Virus record (IMG/VR): IMGVR_UViG_3300028603_000005
Location: 1 to 64,000 of that record
Direction: 5' to 3' (one strand)
DNA from: a virus
Taxonomy: Duplodnaviria; Caudoviricetes
Length of the DNA stretch: 64,000 nucleotides
The position numbers were made by a program, and so were the translations under genes. Shown here in pieces: positions 19,709-27,970 of this stretch (its first letter is position 1; every line of letters starts with the position of its first letter). The notes under the pieces are model-generated. The model was not told the DNA's origin, searched no databases, and worked only from the letters and a program-made list of their open reading frames with translations.

Positions 19709-19735
19709 TAAGCAGTTTAAGGACTTGCTTAGGTC
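19709..19735 (-). ncRNA. Small H-type pseudoknot motif
   Basis: Minus strand GACCTAAGCAAGTCCTTAAACTGCTTA: GAC/GTC stem, TAAGCA/TGCTTA second stem. Confidence 0.55.
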
Positions 19736-19891
19736 TCTCATAAAACTGTGTTGACCCCTAACACAGAAAATGTATAATCATTTTTTGATATAAGCTCCGA
19801 AGATAACTTAAATCCACGCCATGGGACGTTAGGGGACTTGAAAATAAGATAACTTATCGTGTACTTTGATAAGAAACTTAAACATTTTATT

Positions 19892-20007
19892 TAAGCAGTT
19901 TAATGTCTTGCTTAGGACTTGCTTAATTTATAACAGTTTAATGTCTTGCTTAGGACTTGCTTAATTTATAACAGTTTAATGTCTTGCTTAGGACTTGCTT
20001 AATTTAT
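19892..20007 (-). repeat. Three tandem 38-bp repeats, each containing the pseudoknot motif, just 3' of the tmRNA
   Basis: CAGTTTAATGTCTTGCTTAGGACTTGCTTAATTTAT starts at 19896, 19934 and 19972. Confidence 0.9.
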
Positions 20008-20018
20008 TGTTTAACTCT

Positions 20019-20374
20019 TGGTGGAGATGAGGGGAGTTGAACCCCTGTACAACCTAATTTAATTAATACTTTCTTACATGTTTTTATACACATAGTGTTT
20101 ACAAGACACTACTTTACTTTGTCTTACTAACTTCAACATAACTTCTTAAGACTGCAGAAATTAAGCCTAAGCCTACTTAATTGACTTCTTTAAGGTCGTA
20201 GGCTACCCTAAAGGTTCTGTTTGAAATTTATAGTTGCTTTTTAAGCAAATATGTGTGTTGATTGTTGTGAATAAATATTGTTTGCGTTTATAATTTCCTC
20301 GTAGTATTTTTACTTGTACTAACAAGACATGCTTATATTAACTTAATTACATTGGCGACTCCAAGAACATCCCC
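20019..20374 (-). ncRNA. ssrA: tmRNA; predicted tag ANNIYSQQSTHIFA* (20285-20241)
   Basis: 5' GGGGATG acceptor strand; 3' T arm CAGGGGTTCAACTCCCCT followed by CATCTCCACCA (G3:U70-type pair); 356 nt; internal tag frame starting at GCA. Confidence 0.9.
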
Positions 20375-20399
20375 ATCAACAGTTAAACAACTTATTATA

Positions 20400-20428
20400 A
20401 TTATAACACAATAAACTCAAGTTGTCAA
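20400..20428 (-). promoter_or_regulatory. SigA/sigma70-type promoter for the tmRNA
   Basis: TTGACA-17 bp-TATAAT with an extended -10 TG. Confidence 0.8.
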
Positions 20429-21169
20429 CTACTTATGTTTACTTAGTCTTTTTAAGATGAAGTCATAGTAGTTGTTATCTATCTCTACTCCAACAAACTT
20501 TCTATTTTTACTTAAACTTGCTACTCCTGTGGAGCCACTACCAGCAAAGCCATCAAATACTGTTTCATTAGGTTGTGTTAAGAGTTCTACTATGAAGCTT
20601 AACAACTCTACATTCTTTTCGTTGGGGTGTAAGTTCTTAGAAGCTCTTTTCTCAGAAGCGAAAGACCATTCAGTTTTTATCCAATTAGGGTACTGATAAG
20701 TGAAAGGTTTTGGATTCTTATTTCTTTTATCTTTGAACCATTCTTCAGAAGTCGGAATAAAGTCTACTTCATTAAAGTCTTTACCTTTTCCTTTACTAAA
20801 TAATAGGATAGGTTGAAATTGAAATCCGAAGTTATTTTTAGGGGATGGTGCACCATTATTAAAACTTCTTGTTGCTAAAATGTTCTTATATTCAAAACCT
20901 GCCTCAATACCTTTTTGAATCCATGTGTGAATAGTTTTAACCCCTACAAAGATAACTAAGTAGCTACCTTCTTTTAAAATCCTATACCACTCACTAAACC
21001 ACTTATCTATGTTAGTTAAGATATACTCTTCACTATCATTATAAAAATCATTTTTAAAGCCTACACCAAAAGGTGGGTCTGTTAAAACTAAATCTATACT
21101 TTCATTACTTATGTTGCTTTGTGTAGCTTCTACTGTATCTGCGTTATATAACTTATACTTATTTAACAA
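20429..21169 (-). CDS. DNA N4-cytosine/N6-adenine methyltransferase (beta class)
   Basis: TDPPF, HPNEK, DGFAGSGST. Confidence 0.9.
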   Translation of the reverse strand: MLNKYKLYNADTVEATQSNISNESIDLVLTDPPFGVGFKNDFYNDSEEYILTNIDKWFSEWYRILKEGSYLVIFVGVKTIHTWIQKGIEAGFEYKNILATRSFNNGAPSPKNNFGFQFQPILLFSKGKGKDFNEVDFIPTSEEWFKDKRNKNPKPFTYQYPNWIKTEWSFASEKRASKNLHPNEKNVELLSFIVELLTQPNETVFDGFAGSGSTGVASLSKNRKFVGVEIDNNYYDFILKRLSKHK

Positions 21170-21252
21170 TTAAATATCTCCTTTAACTTACTTATAGTAT
21201 TAAAAAAATACATTATCTATAATTAACTCTTCTTTTAAAACATCTTTACTTT

Positions 21253-21458
21253 AATAAACTAAACACTAAAACAAATTGACTTGGCGAAACTTGAAGAATT
21301 GGGACGTTTGGTCACTGTTCTTCTAGTTGAGCCCAAATTGGTTTTGATGGTTGAATTTTCCTTTTCGAATTCAACGCATTTAAACCAATTTTTAATTGAT
21401 AACTAGACTGCTCTTATTACCTTACTTTAACTTTAAGTTATTTAGTGTTTAGTCTATT
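21253..21458 (-). ncRNA. Retron-like msr/msd-type unit A
   Basis: 18-bp terminal pairing (21253-21270 with 21441-21458, one G:U on the minus strand); conserved stem 21398-21421; hairpins 21335-21391 and 21281-21336. Confidence 0.7.
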
Positions 21459-21461
21459 TTT

Positions 21462-21653
21462 TTAATAAATATATTCTTCTTCGTATTCAACTTTTCCTTC
21501 TAACGCATACTCTATTTGTTTAATGATATCTAAAGCATCTATTACTAAAATGTTCTCACCATCAAAACCAACTAGAATTGAGTCTAGTTCTTCAAGACCT
21601 TCTTCACCGAATAATTCATAAACTTCTGCGTATAATTCATCTATTGGCATCAT
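21462..21653 (-). CDS. Small acidic protein in the RT operon
   Basis: 63 aa, AAGGAG RBS, between the HExxH gene and unit A. Confidence 0.6.
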   Translation of the reverse strand: MMPIDELYAEVYELFGEEGLEELDSILVGFDGENILVIDALDIIKQIEYALEGKVEYEEEYIY

Positions 21654-21670
21654 CTTGATACACTCTCCTT

Positions 21671-22570
21671 TTAATAATATACAGAATCTTCATAATTGTC
21701 AAAGCTGTCTGTTTCGGCTTCTACTTCTTCTAACGATTCTTCAACCCATTTAGTTAGTCTGTCCACCCGCTCTTCACTTATACTTCCATATCTACCATCT
21801 AAAAATGTTTCTATATAAAGTATTAATGATATTAATAAGTTAGGGTCTTTTTCTTTTAATTGATTAAAGATATAATTACTAACATCATAAGCATTTACAA
21901 CTTGTCCAAATTTCAACATACCAAGATTTATTAGAACGTTATAGACAAAGACTACTGAGATGGCTTTAGTATAACCATACTTAAATAGAAAGTCAAAAGT
22001 ATTTCTTTGTGTTAGTTGTTCGTCGCTTTCGTTATAAAAGTTGTGCATTACTTCGTGTGTCATAGTCCATAGTGCAGAAGACATTACCCCTCCTTCAGAT
22101 AATAGCTTTGCGTTAATACCTATAATTATTGGGTATTTTTTAGGACTCTCTTTAAAATAGTTTGGTATAGGTAATCCATTATCTTTATATTTTTGAACTA
22201 GTCCTTCAATATCAATTATAGTTATTCCGTTGTTATAGTTTAAGCCTTCTTGTAAGGTTTCTTTGAATTTATTATAAGTAAAGCTATAAATGTTATTCAT
22301 ATTATCAAGATGGCCTTGTAAAAGATAGCTTAGTTCATCAAAGTAGTCATCTTCAACATAGATAAACTTTCTTTTAGTTAAATCAAAACCTAAGTCTTCT
22401 AACATGAGCTCTATAAAAGCTCTACGATATTCTCTATCAAATTCTATATCATCTGGGATTAATTCTTTTAAGTCGTTATCTATTACTTTTGCTACATTCT
22501 CAAAAATAGCTTTAGCAATACCGTCACCAATTTCTTTACCTGTTATTAGTTTAGTTCTATAATTATCCAT
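21671..22570 (-). CDS. HExxH (zincin-like) protein, RT partner
   Basis: WTMTHEVMHNFY...E motif; start overlaps the RT stop by 8 nt. Confidence 0.65.
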   Translation of the reverse strand: MDNYRTKLITGKEIGDGIAKAIFENVAKVIDNDLKELIPDDIEFDREYRRAFIELMLEDLGFDLTKRKFIYVEDDYFDELSYLLQGHLDNMNNIYSFTYNKFKETLQEGLNYNNGITIIDIEGLVQKYKDNGLPIPNYFKESPKKYPIIIGINAKLLSEGGVMSSALWTMTHEVMHNFYNESDEQLTQRNTFDFLFKYGYTKAISVVFVYNVLINLGMLKFGQVVNAYDVSNYIFNQLKEKDPNLLISLILYIETFLDGRYGSISEERVDRLTKWVEESLEEVEAETDSFDNYEDSVYY

Positions 22571-23765
22571 AAATATCTTTACCTCTCTTTAATCTGTAGT
22601 AAGTATTTAACAAAGTCTTAAAACCTAATTTCTTAATATCTGTGTATTGAAGGTTATAGTATTTACGACCACGCCTCCAAGTCCCTGAATCTAAATACCT
22701 AATACAGTTAATAAAGTAATCATCTAACCATTTAATAGTTTTAGTAGTATTAATGTTAGGTAAGTACCATAAAGACCAATTAATTGAATCATCCCATTGT
22801 GTGTAGAGTTTTTTATTGATACCTTTAACATAATGTCTTAGTGTAATATATTTAGGAACATTGTTTTTTAACATCCACTTACGATACCACTTAGCTCTAC
22901 GCTTCATTCTTGATTTCATTTTATCTCTCGCTTCAGGAGAGATATCAATTACTTTACCTTTGTGTATAAAGCCTAAGAACACTATTCCTTCTCTTAAGGT
23001 GAACTCCTCTTCTTTCTTTTGATTAAAGATTATGTTAAGTTCTTTAAGCTGTTCTTTAAAGTAGTCTAGAGCATCTTGGCCTACTATTAAAGTATCATCT
23101 GCATATCTAATATATCTATGCTTGTGTTCAATCATTTTCAAATCTACTTCGTGCATATAGATATTAGCTAAGATACCACTAATAGGAGAACCTGCCATAA
23201 CCCCTTTTTTAGGAAAGTCTTGAACTTTTCCTTTGAAGTATGCTTTAGGGTTAGATAATATTTGAAGTATGAATTGTTTTACTTCTAAGTCTTCTGGTCT
23301 AAAGAAGTCTTTTAACTTCTCTTTTAAGATATCTAAATCTATAGAGTTAAAGTAATCACTAAAGTCATTCTTATAAACTAACTCATCTGGTTTAAGTCTA
23401 AAAGAGTTAAGAGTGTTAAAAGCTGTTTTAACACCACGACCTCTGGTATAGGCTAATGAGTTCTTAGCAAAGTTTTTATTATAATGGTTTAATAAATAAA
23501 ATGCTAATAGTTTTAAGATTATATTGTGTTCTTTAGGATAGACAAAAACATCTCTAGTCTTTTTAGTATTGTGTTTTGGTATTTGAACAAATTTAGGTAT
23601 TGCAAAATTAGAGAAAAAATCTGTATCATAGTTTAGATAAGATTCTTCCTTTATAACTTTCTCAACATCTCTAATTAGTTTTTTATCTGGCATTACTTTC
23701 TCAGACTCATTATCTAAAAAATCAATCCAAATATGTGGTTGCTTTATTTCATTAAAGAAACTCAT
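22563..23765 (-). CDS. Reverse transcriptase, stand-alone, class unclear
   Basis: IPK...K.RDV, SLAYTRGRG, DFSDYFNSID, GVMAGSPISGILANIYM, YIRYADD, FLGF motifs, plus a basic thumb-like C-terminus. Confidence 0.93.
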   Translation of the reverse strand: MSFFNEIKQPHIWIDFLDNESEKVMPDKKLIRDVEKVIKEESYLNYDTDFFSNFAIPKFVQIPKHNTKKTRDVFVYPKEHNIILKLLAFYLLNHYNKNFAKNSLAYTRGRGVKTAFNTLNSFRLKPDELVYKNDFSDYFNSIDLDILKEKLKDFFRPEDLEVKQFILQILSNPKAYFKGKVQDFPKKGVMAGSPISGILANIYMHEVDLKMIEHKHRYIRYADDTLIVGQDALDYFKEQLKELNIIFNQKKEEEFTLREGIVFLGFIHKGKVIDISPEARDKMKSRMKRRAKWYRKWMLKNNVPKYITLRHYVKGINKKLYTQWDDSINWSLWYLPNINTTKTIKWLDDYFINCIRYLDSGTWRRGRKYYNLQYTDIKKLGFKTLLNTYYRLKRGKDIYG

Positions 23766-23785
23766 TTAACTTTCTCCTTTGTTTT

Positions 23786-23987
23786 CTTATTGTTAGAAGT
23801 ATGAGGAATTAATTTAATACTTCTAAAGGTGTTGATTAGCAGGAAGCTTTTACTGTTGGGATTTTCCCTAGAAGTGAAATCCCTATGGTATTTGCTTCCT
23901 GCTCAGATGACGGTGCTTTGAGCGTTAGTGATAAAGCCCGTCAAATTATAGACAAATAGGCTTCCCTTATTGTCTTTACTTAATAAG
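23786..23987 (-). ncRNA. Retron-like msr/msd-type unit B, immediately upstream of the RT
   Basis: Conserved stem 23950-23975; hairpin 23908-23943; long hairpin 23838-23903; extra 10-bp stem 23793-23826; only a 6-bp terminal pairing (CTTATT/AATAAG). Confidence 0.75.
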
Positions 23988-23988
23988 T

Positions 23989-24318
23989 TTACTTAATTGT
24001 GCTGCTTTTAATTAATTCTTCTATTATTTCATATATTTCTATCTCATCTTTTGCAATGAGCTCTAAATCATACTCGTGTGAATAATATACTCCACCATGT
24101 TCATAATCTGGTCTTTTATGTGTGCTTATTCTAATAGTACCATCGTTTAAATATATTGATTCACTGTTGTGAGATTTCTCATAAGGTATGTTATTATCTT
24201 TTAATAATTTCTCAACACCATAATTTTCAATATCATAGATATAAAGTTCTAACTGTGTTTCATACTCATCTTCATCATCTTGAATCTCTACTACTTCAAT
24301 ATGAAAAGTAATAAGCAT
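23989..24318 (-). CDS. Hypothetical protein
   Basis: 109-aa ORF (SESIYL...IRISTH) ending just before unit B. Confidence 0.55.
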   Translation of the reverse strand: MLITFHIEVVEIQDDEDEYETQLELYIYDIENYGVEKLLKDNNIPYEKSHNSESIYLNDGTIRISTHKRPDYEHGGVYYSHEYDLELIAKDEIEIYEIIEELIKSSTIK

Positions 24319-24480
24319 ACTACCTATAATAATGCTACCATATAAGTTATAACTATCATAAAGATTTTCTCATAATAGTACTCTTCAATTATATTAAGAA
24401 TGTAGTTTAAATCTATTTCTGTTAAGTTTGCTTCTTATAAAGCCTTTGTTTGAATTACTATCATAATATCTCCTATGAGT

Positions 24481-25053
24481 TTACTTGTAAATAATGTAGT
24501 TGAGGTCTGGATTGGCATAGTCTTTCAAACCTGTGTCTAATAACATTCCAAAATGTTCTTGACTAATAGGTTCAATCTCACGCCACTCAGACCAAGGATA
24601 ACCACTATTAGTTAGTGGGTCATGAATAAACCAAGATGATGTATTGAAAACAATGTTAGCAATGAAGTATCTACCGTTTCTAATTACTACAGAGTTTGGT
24701 CTATAGTTAGTGTTAGGTCTCCATTCTAACTCTATAGCTACTGTTGCCCACCTATTAGAAGGTTGGCCTGGAAGACCATGATAGTATGGATTATATTTTT
24801 CACCTTCTATAATAATATATAAAAGACCATTATAGGAAAATATTGTGTCCTCAGGAATATATTGGTTCAATGTATTTTCATCTTCCCAAATATTTAAGTT
24901 ATAATCTGACTCCCAAGGACTACTCATCCATTCCCCTATTTGTGTTAAAGTGTTCGCTATCTTTACTCCACATACCATTTCTGTCCAATAAGCGTTTATT
25001 TTTACTGTATTTACTAGAAGTAGCATTATCATTATTACATTTATTCTTTTCAT
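24481..25053 (-). CDS. Secreted protein with a SipW-type signal peptide and CBM5/12-like aromatic repeats
   Basis: Hydrophobic leader then NAYW...TQIGEW; EWRPNTNYRPNSVVIRNGRYFIAN...W module. Confidence 0.6.
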   Translation of the reverse strand: MKRINVIMIMLLLVNTVKINAYWTEMVCGVKIANTLTQIGEWMSSPWESDYNLNIWEDENTLNQYIPEDTIFSYNGLLYIIIEGEKYNPYYHGLPGQPSNRWATVAIELEWRPNTNYRPNSVVIRNGRYFIANIVFNTSSWFIHDPLTNSGYPWSEWREIEPISQEHFGMLLDTGLKDYANPDLNYIIYK

Positions 25054-25154
25054 TAGTAATGCTCCTTATATATACTATCAGGCCAACATTTATACTTAGA
25101 GCTAGTATAGATATTGCCCATACTATATAAGTTAATATTGTCCAAACCATTTCT

Positions 25155-25724
25155 TTATTCTATTTCAAGTGTTAAAGTAAATGTTAAGTCTTTACCAGCC
25201 ACTAAATTGTACTCAGCTAAATCCTCTGGTTCGTTCATAGTAATTTTTACTGTAACTAAAATGTTTTCAACATCTGCTGTTCCACTTGTTGCTAAAGACC
25301 AATTTGTTCCATTCCAACCACCAGTTAGAGTTCCTAAACCCTCTGCTACTTCAAGTGTAATTGTAAAGTTAAATAAGTGTGTAGCATCATATCCATCAAT
25401 TTCAATATCTTCAATATCAATAACTAAATGTTGACCAGCAGCACCTTTAGCGTTTACTGTGTATTCTATAACAACTTGTTCTACTTGTGGGTCTTCTGCA
25501 AATCCTACAGGTACTAATTCTTCATCTGTTTGGTCTGAAAGAACAACAACGATTTGTTTAGTTCCACCTTCACCGATTTCTACAGTATTATCTTCAACAA
25601 CTTTTTTGTCAAAAACTCCTGCCCAATATGCGTATGTTGGGATTGCCAACATTACTAATAGTAAGAACATATTAAATAACATTAATAATTTTGTTCTCTT
25701 TCTTTCATTTCTTTCTTTTTTCAT
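25155..25724 (-). CDS. Secreted TasA/camelysin-like protein with a SipW-class signal peptide
   Basis: Basic N-region, hydrophobic core, TYAYW...NTVEIGEG; C-terminal LTFTLTLE. Confidence 0.6.
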   Translation of the reverse strand: MKKERNERKRTKLLMLFNMFLLLVMLAIPTYAYWAGVFDKKVVEDNTVEIGEGGTKQIVVVLSDQTDEELVPVGFAEDPQVEQVVIEYTVNAKGAAGQHLVIDIEDIEIDGYDATHLFNFTITLEVAEGLGTLTGGWNGTNWSLATSGTADVENILVTVKITMNEPEDLAEYNLVAGKDLTFTLTLEIE

Positions 25725-25756
25725 TTATTTCTCCTTATTTTATTTTGATTAAGGAG

Positions 25757-25827
25757 TGGCATCCTGGCTAACTTAATTTAAAGTCCCTATAGTTTTGCGT
25801 CCTATTCTCACGAATAGTTTGCCCTAA
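25757..25827 (-). promoter_or_regulatory. c-di-GMP-I (GEMM) riboswitch
   Basis: Minus strand GGGCAAACTATTC-GTGA-GAATAGGACGCAAAACTATAGGGAC...TTAGCCAG..TGCC: GGCAAA, GNRA-capped P2, GACGCAAA; about 30 nt upstream of the start codon. Confidence 0.8.
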
Positions 25828-25862
25828 CACTTCTTATCATAAACTAATTTTAATTGTTTCTA

Positions 25863-25875
25863 TATACTATAGTGT
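25863..25875 (-). promoter_or_regulatory. Phage-specific promoter motif ACACTATAGTATA (copy 1 of 6)
   Basis: Same 13-mer at 38872, 40733, 50647 and 60141; 11-bp core at 62960; always intergenic and upstream of a gene. Confidence 0.7.
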
Positions 25876-25881
25876 ATATTT

Positions 25882-26577
25882 TTAGGTTTTATATACTTGA
25901 TGTTCTTTATTGTCTTCCATTAGTTTTTCAACAATCTCTTCCATCAAGGCTTCTACATCACTTAAAACTTTATCTATTTCAACAGAGTTGTTTAAAGTAA
26001 TGCCCAATTTTTTCTTTTCTGGTTTTTCATTATCACCATATAGAGTAACATTATCTCCGTATACTGCAAAGTCTGGGTCTTTCTTAAACATATCATCAAA
26101 GATTTGTTTAGCTTTACCTACAACTCCCCAAGAAGGGTAAGGTATACCACGCATTATAAATGTTGCTTTAGCTAATTGAAATAAGTTAACGCTTTTACCT
26201 AATTTAGTATTATGTACATAGTACTTTCTTTCTAATGTTTCATATGTATATTTATTGGTGTTTCTACTTTCTTCATAAGGTAAGATATCATCTTCTACTC
26301 TTACCCATAAATCATAAATATCTTGATAGTCTTTATTATAAAGTTCTGCTAACTTAGTGAAGATTCGTTCTCTTATTAATGAATCATTTACTGCTACATA
26401 GTCATAGAAATAATTATACTCATAACTATTAAGTAAATCATAAGCATCTTCAAATGTTATATCGTTAGCTAATTCTTGCCCTAATTCATCTTCAGGGTAT
26501 GTTTCTAAATACCAATCTCTTATTAATTCTGTTTTAGGCATTTTATCTGTTCCTTCCTTTAGGTTTATTTTTAACAC
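25882..26577 (-). CDS. Hypothetical protein
   Basis: ORF downstream of the sigma70-type promoter at 26687-26715. Confidence 0.6.
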   Translation of the reverse strand: MLKINLKEGTDKMPKTELIRDWYLETYPEDELGQELANDITFEDAYDLLNSYEYNYFYDYVAVNDSLIRERIFTKLAELYNKDYQDIYDLWVRVEDDILPYEESRNTNKYTYETLERKYYVHNTKLGKSVNLFQLAKATFIMRGIPYPSWGVVGKAKQIFDDMFKKDPDFAVYGDNVTLYGDNEKPEKKKLGITLNNSVEIDKVLSDVEALMEEIVEKLMEDNKEHQVYKT

Positions 26578-26686
26578 TACCTTTAGGTCTATTTTTAGAC
26601 TGAGGATAACTCACCTTAACATTTACTGCTGAACTTTGAGTAGATTCTTTTCTCATTTATATACCTTCCTCATAGTATGTAATTCA

Positions 26687-26715
26687 ATTATATCACATGT
26701 AGTATTCTTTGTCAA
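26687..26715 (-). promoter_or_regulatory. SigA/sigma70-type early promoter
   Basis: TTGACA-17-TATAAT with extended TG. Confidence 0.75.
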
Positions 26716-26716
26716 A

Positions 26717-27118
26717 TTACTTCTTTACAAAGATTTGAATAGCAGATTCAATTTGAATTAAAATCCACTGCTCAAAGTCTCCGTATACTTCATCTAACAC
26801 TTCTTTAGCTTCTTTAGTAAGGTTTGCTAATACGAAGTCAAAAGCTTTTTCTAATGCTTCTTTTTGAGCCTTCTCATCAAACTTACCTTCTTTTTTTAAT
26901 GATTCAACAAATGTTTGTTGAACTGTTAGAACAACATCCTTGATTAGGTCTTCTACTAAACTAATAACTTTTAAGGCTTTCTCATTCTTAAACTTTTTAG
27001 CTAAGTTATTGAAAAATAAACCTATTAGAGTTGATAGTCCAGCACCAACTGCTAGAGCAACTGCTGTTAATAAATTAGTAAACCACTCTTGTTCTATAAT
27101 ATTAAATAAAACGTACAT
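26717..27118 (-). CDS. Holin-like membrane protein (LL-H-like)
   Basis: One N-terminal TM helix; V..VQQTFVESLKKEGKF...IESA pattern. Confidence 0.6.
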   Translation of the reverse strand: MYVLFNIIEQEWFTNLLTAVALAVGAGLSTLIGLFFNNLAKKFKNEKALKVISLVEDLIKDVVLTVQQTFVESLKKEGKFDEKAQKEALEKAFDFVLANLTKEAKEVLDEVYGDFEQWILIQIESAIQIFVKK

Positions 27119-27133
27119 AACTTCTCTCCTTCT

Positions 27134-27706
27134 TTATTTAGACTTTTTATCTTCTGTAATTAACTTCTTACCTTGCTTATTCTTTTCAGCTTTCTCATCA
27201 TAAGATTCGTGTGTTCTTCTTGAGTAAACTTCATTAAGCTCTTTAACTTTTGCATGAATATCACTGTTGCCACCTAAGAGTGCATAGTAATTATAAATTT
27301 TGTCTATGTATGACTTATCTCTGTCATCTATACTGCCTGTATTTCTTAGTCCATAATAAATATCTCTAATGTCTTGTTTGAACATTTCTAAGATAGCATC
27401 TCTTTGGTGATTAGATAACTCAAGTTGTTTTTGATTAATTTTAGTTTGAGACTTTTTAAATCTATTGAAGTCCTTACTAAAAGAACTTATTTTATTAGAC
27501 TGCTCATTTATAGCAGCTTCAATAAGTAGTTTCATTTGTTTTTCTTGTATTTGGTTATTCTTTGTTAGTGCTTTATCAATTTTTTCATCTATAACATTAC
27601 TAAACTTCTTACCGAATCTTTCTAAAAGAGTCCACACGGCTAAGATAGCTGAAGCTATAGAACCGATAGCAATAATCAAAACTGCCCACGCTGGCATAAA
27701 TACCAC
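27134..27706 (-). CDS. Membrane-anchored lysis-cassette protein
   Basis: N-terminal TM, coiled region, Y..LGGN motif. Confidence 0.5.
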   Translation of the reverse strand: MVFMPAWAVLIIAIGSIASAILAVWTLLERFGKKFSNVIDEKIDKALTKNNQIQEKQMKLLIEAAINEQSNKISSFSKDFNRFKKSQTKINQKQLELSNHQRDAILEMFKQDIRDIYYGLRNTGSIDDRDKSYIDKIYNYYALLGGNSDIHAKVKELNEVYSRRTHESYDEKAEKNKQGKKLITEDKKSK

Positions 27707-27793
27707 TGTTTCCTTCCGTTAGTTATTTTTTAACTTATTATTTAACTAAGAACTGTGTTTAACACTTTCAACCCATTCGCCAATAATGAGAAC

Positions 27794-27970
27794 TTATTCT
27801 TCTATTTCAGTTTCTGGTGCAACTTCTTGTCTATAATATTCTTCTTTGTCTTCACGTTTGACACCTGTTGAATAATCATAACCCAACACAATTTCGTTTG
27901 ACATTACAAAGTTGTCGTGTATTCTTACGAATACTTTACCGTTATCGGCTGTTATTTTTTTATGTGTCAT
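27794..27970 (-). CDS. Small protein (58 aa; not in the ORF track)
   Basis: MTHKKITADNGKVFVRIHDNFVMSNEIVLGYDY...; AGGAG RBS upstream. Confidence 0.5.
   Translation of the reverse strand: MTHKKITADNGKVFVRIHDNFVMSNEIVLGYDYSTGVKREDKEEYYRQEVAPETEIEE

Noticed and set aside
19892-20007. CRISPR array
   Set aside because: Repeats are head-to-tail with no unique spacers, and there are no cas genes.
22563-23987. RT as a diversity-generating retroelement
   Set aside because: No TR/VR pair differing at adenines was seen in the window, no Avd-like gene, and no SQ motif. A target outside the window cannot be excluded.
22563-23987. RT as a group II intron-encoded protein
   Set aside because: No GUGYG start or domain V/VI seen; the 5' gap is only about 220 nt and the next gene overlaps the RT stop.
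24920-25150. 76-aa ORF overlapping 24481-25053
   Set aside because: Has a TM-like N-terminus but overlaps the better-supported gene by 134 nt; not called with confidence.
27496-27505. TAGACTGCTC match to the conserved RT-unit stem
   Set aside because: Lies inside a coding gene and lacks the outer helix and neighbouring hairpins; chance match.
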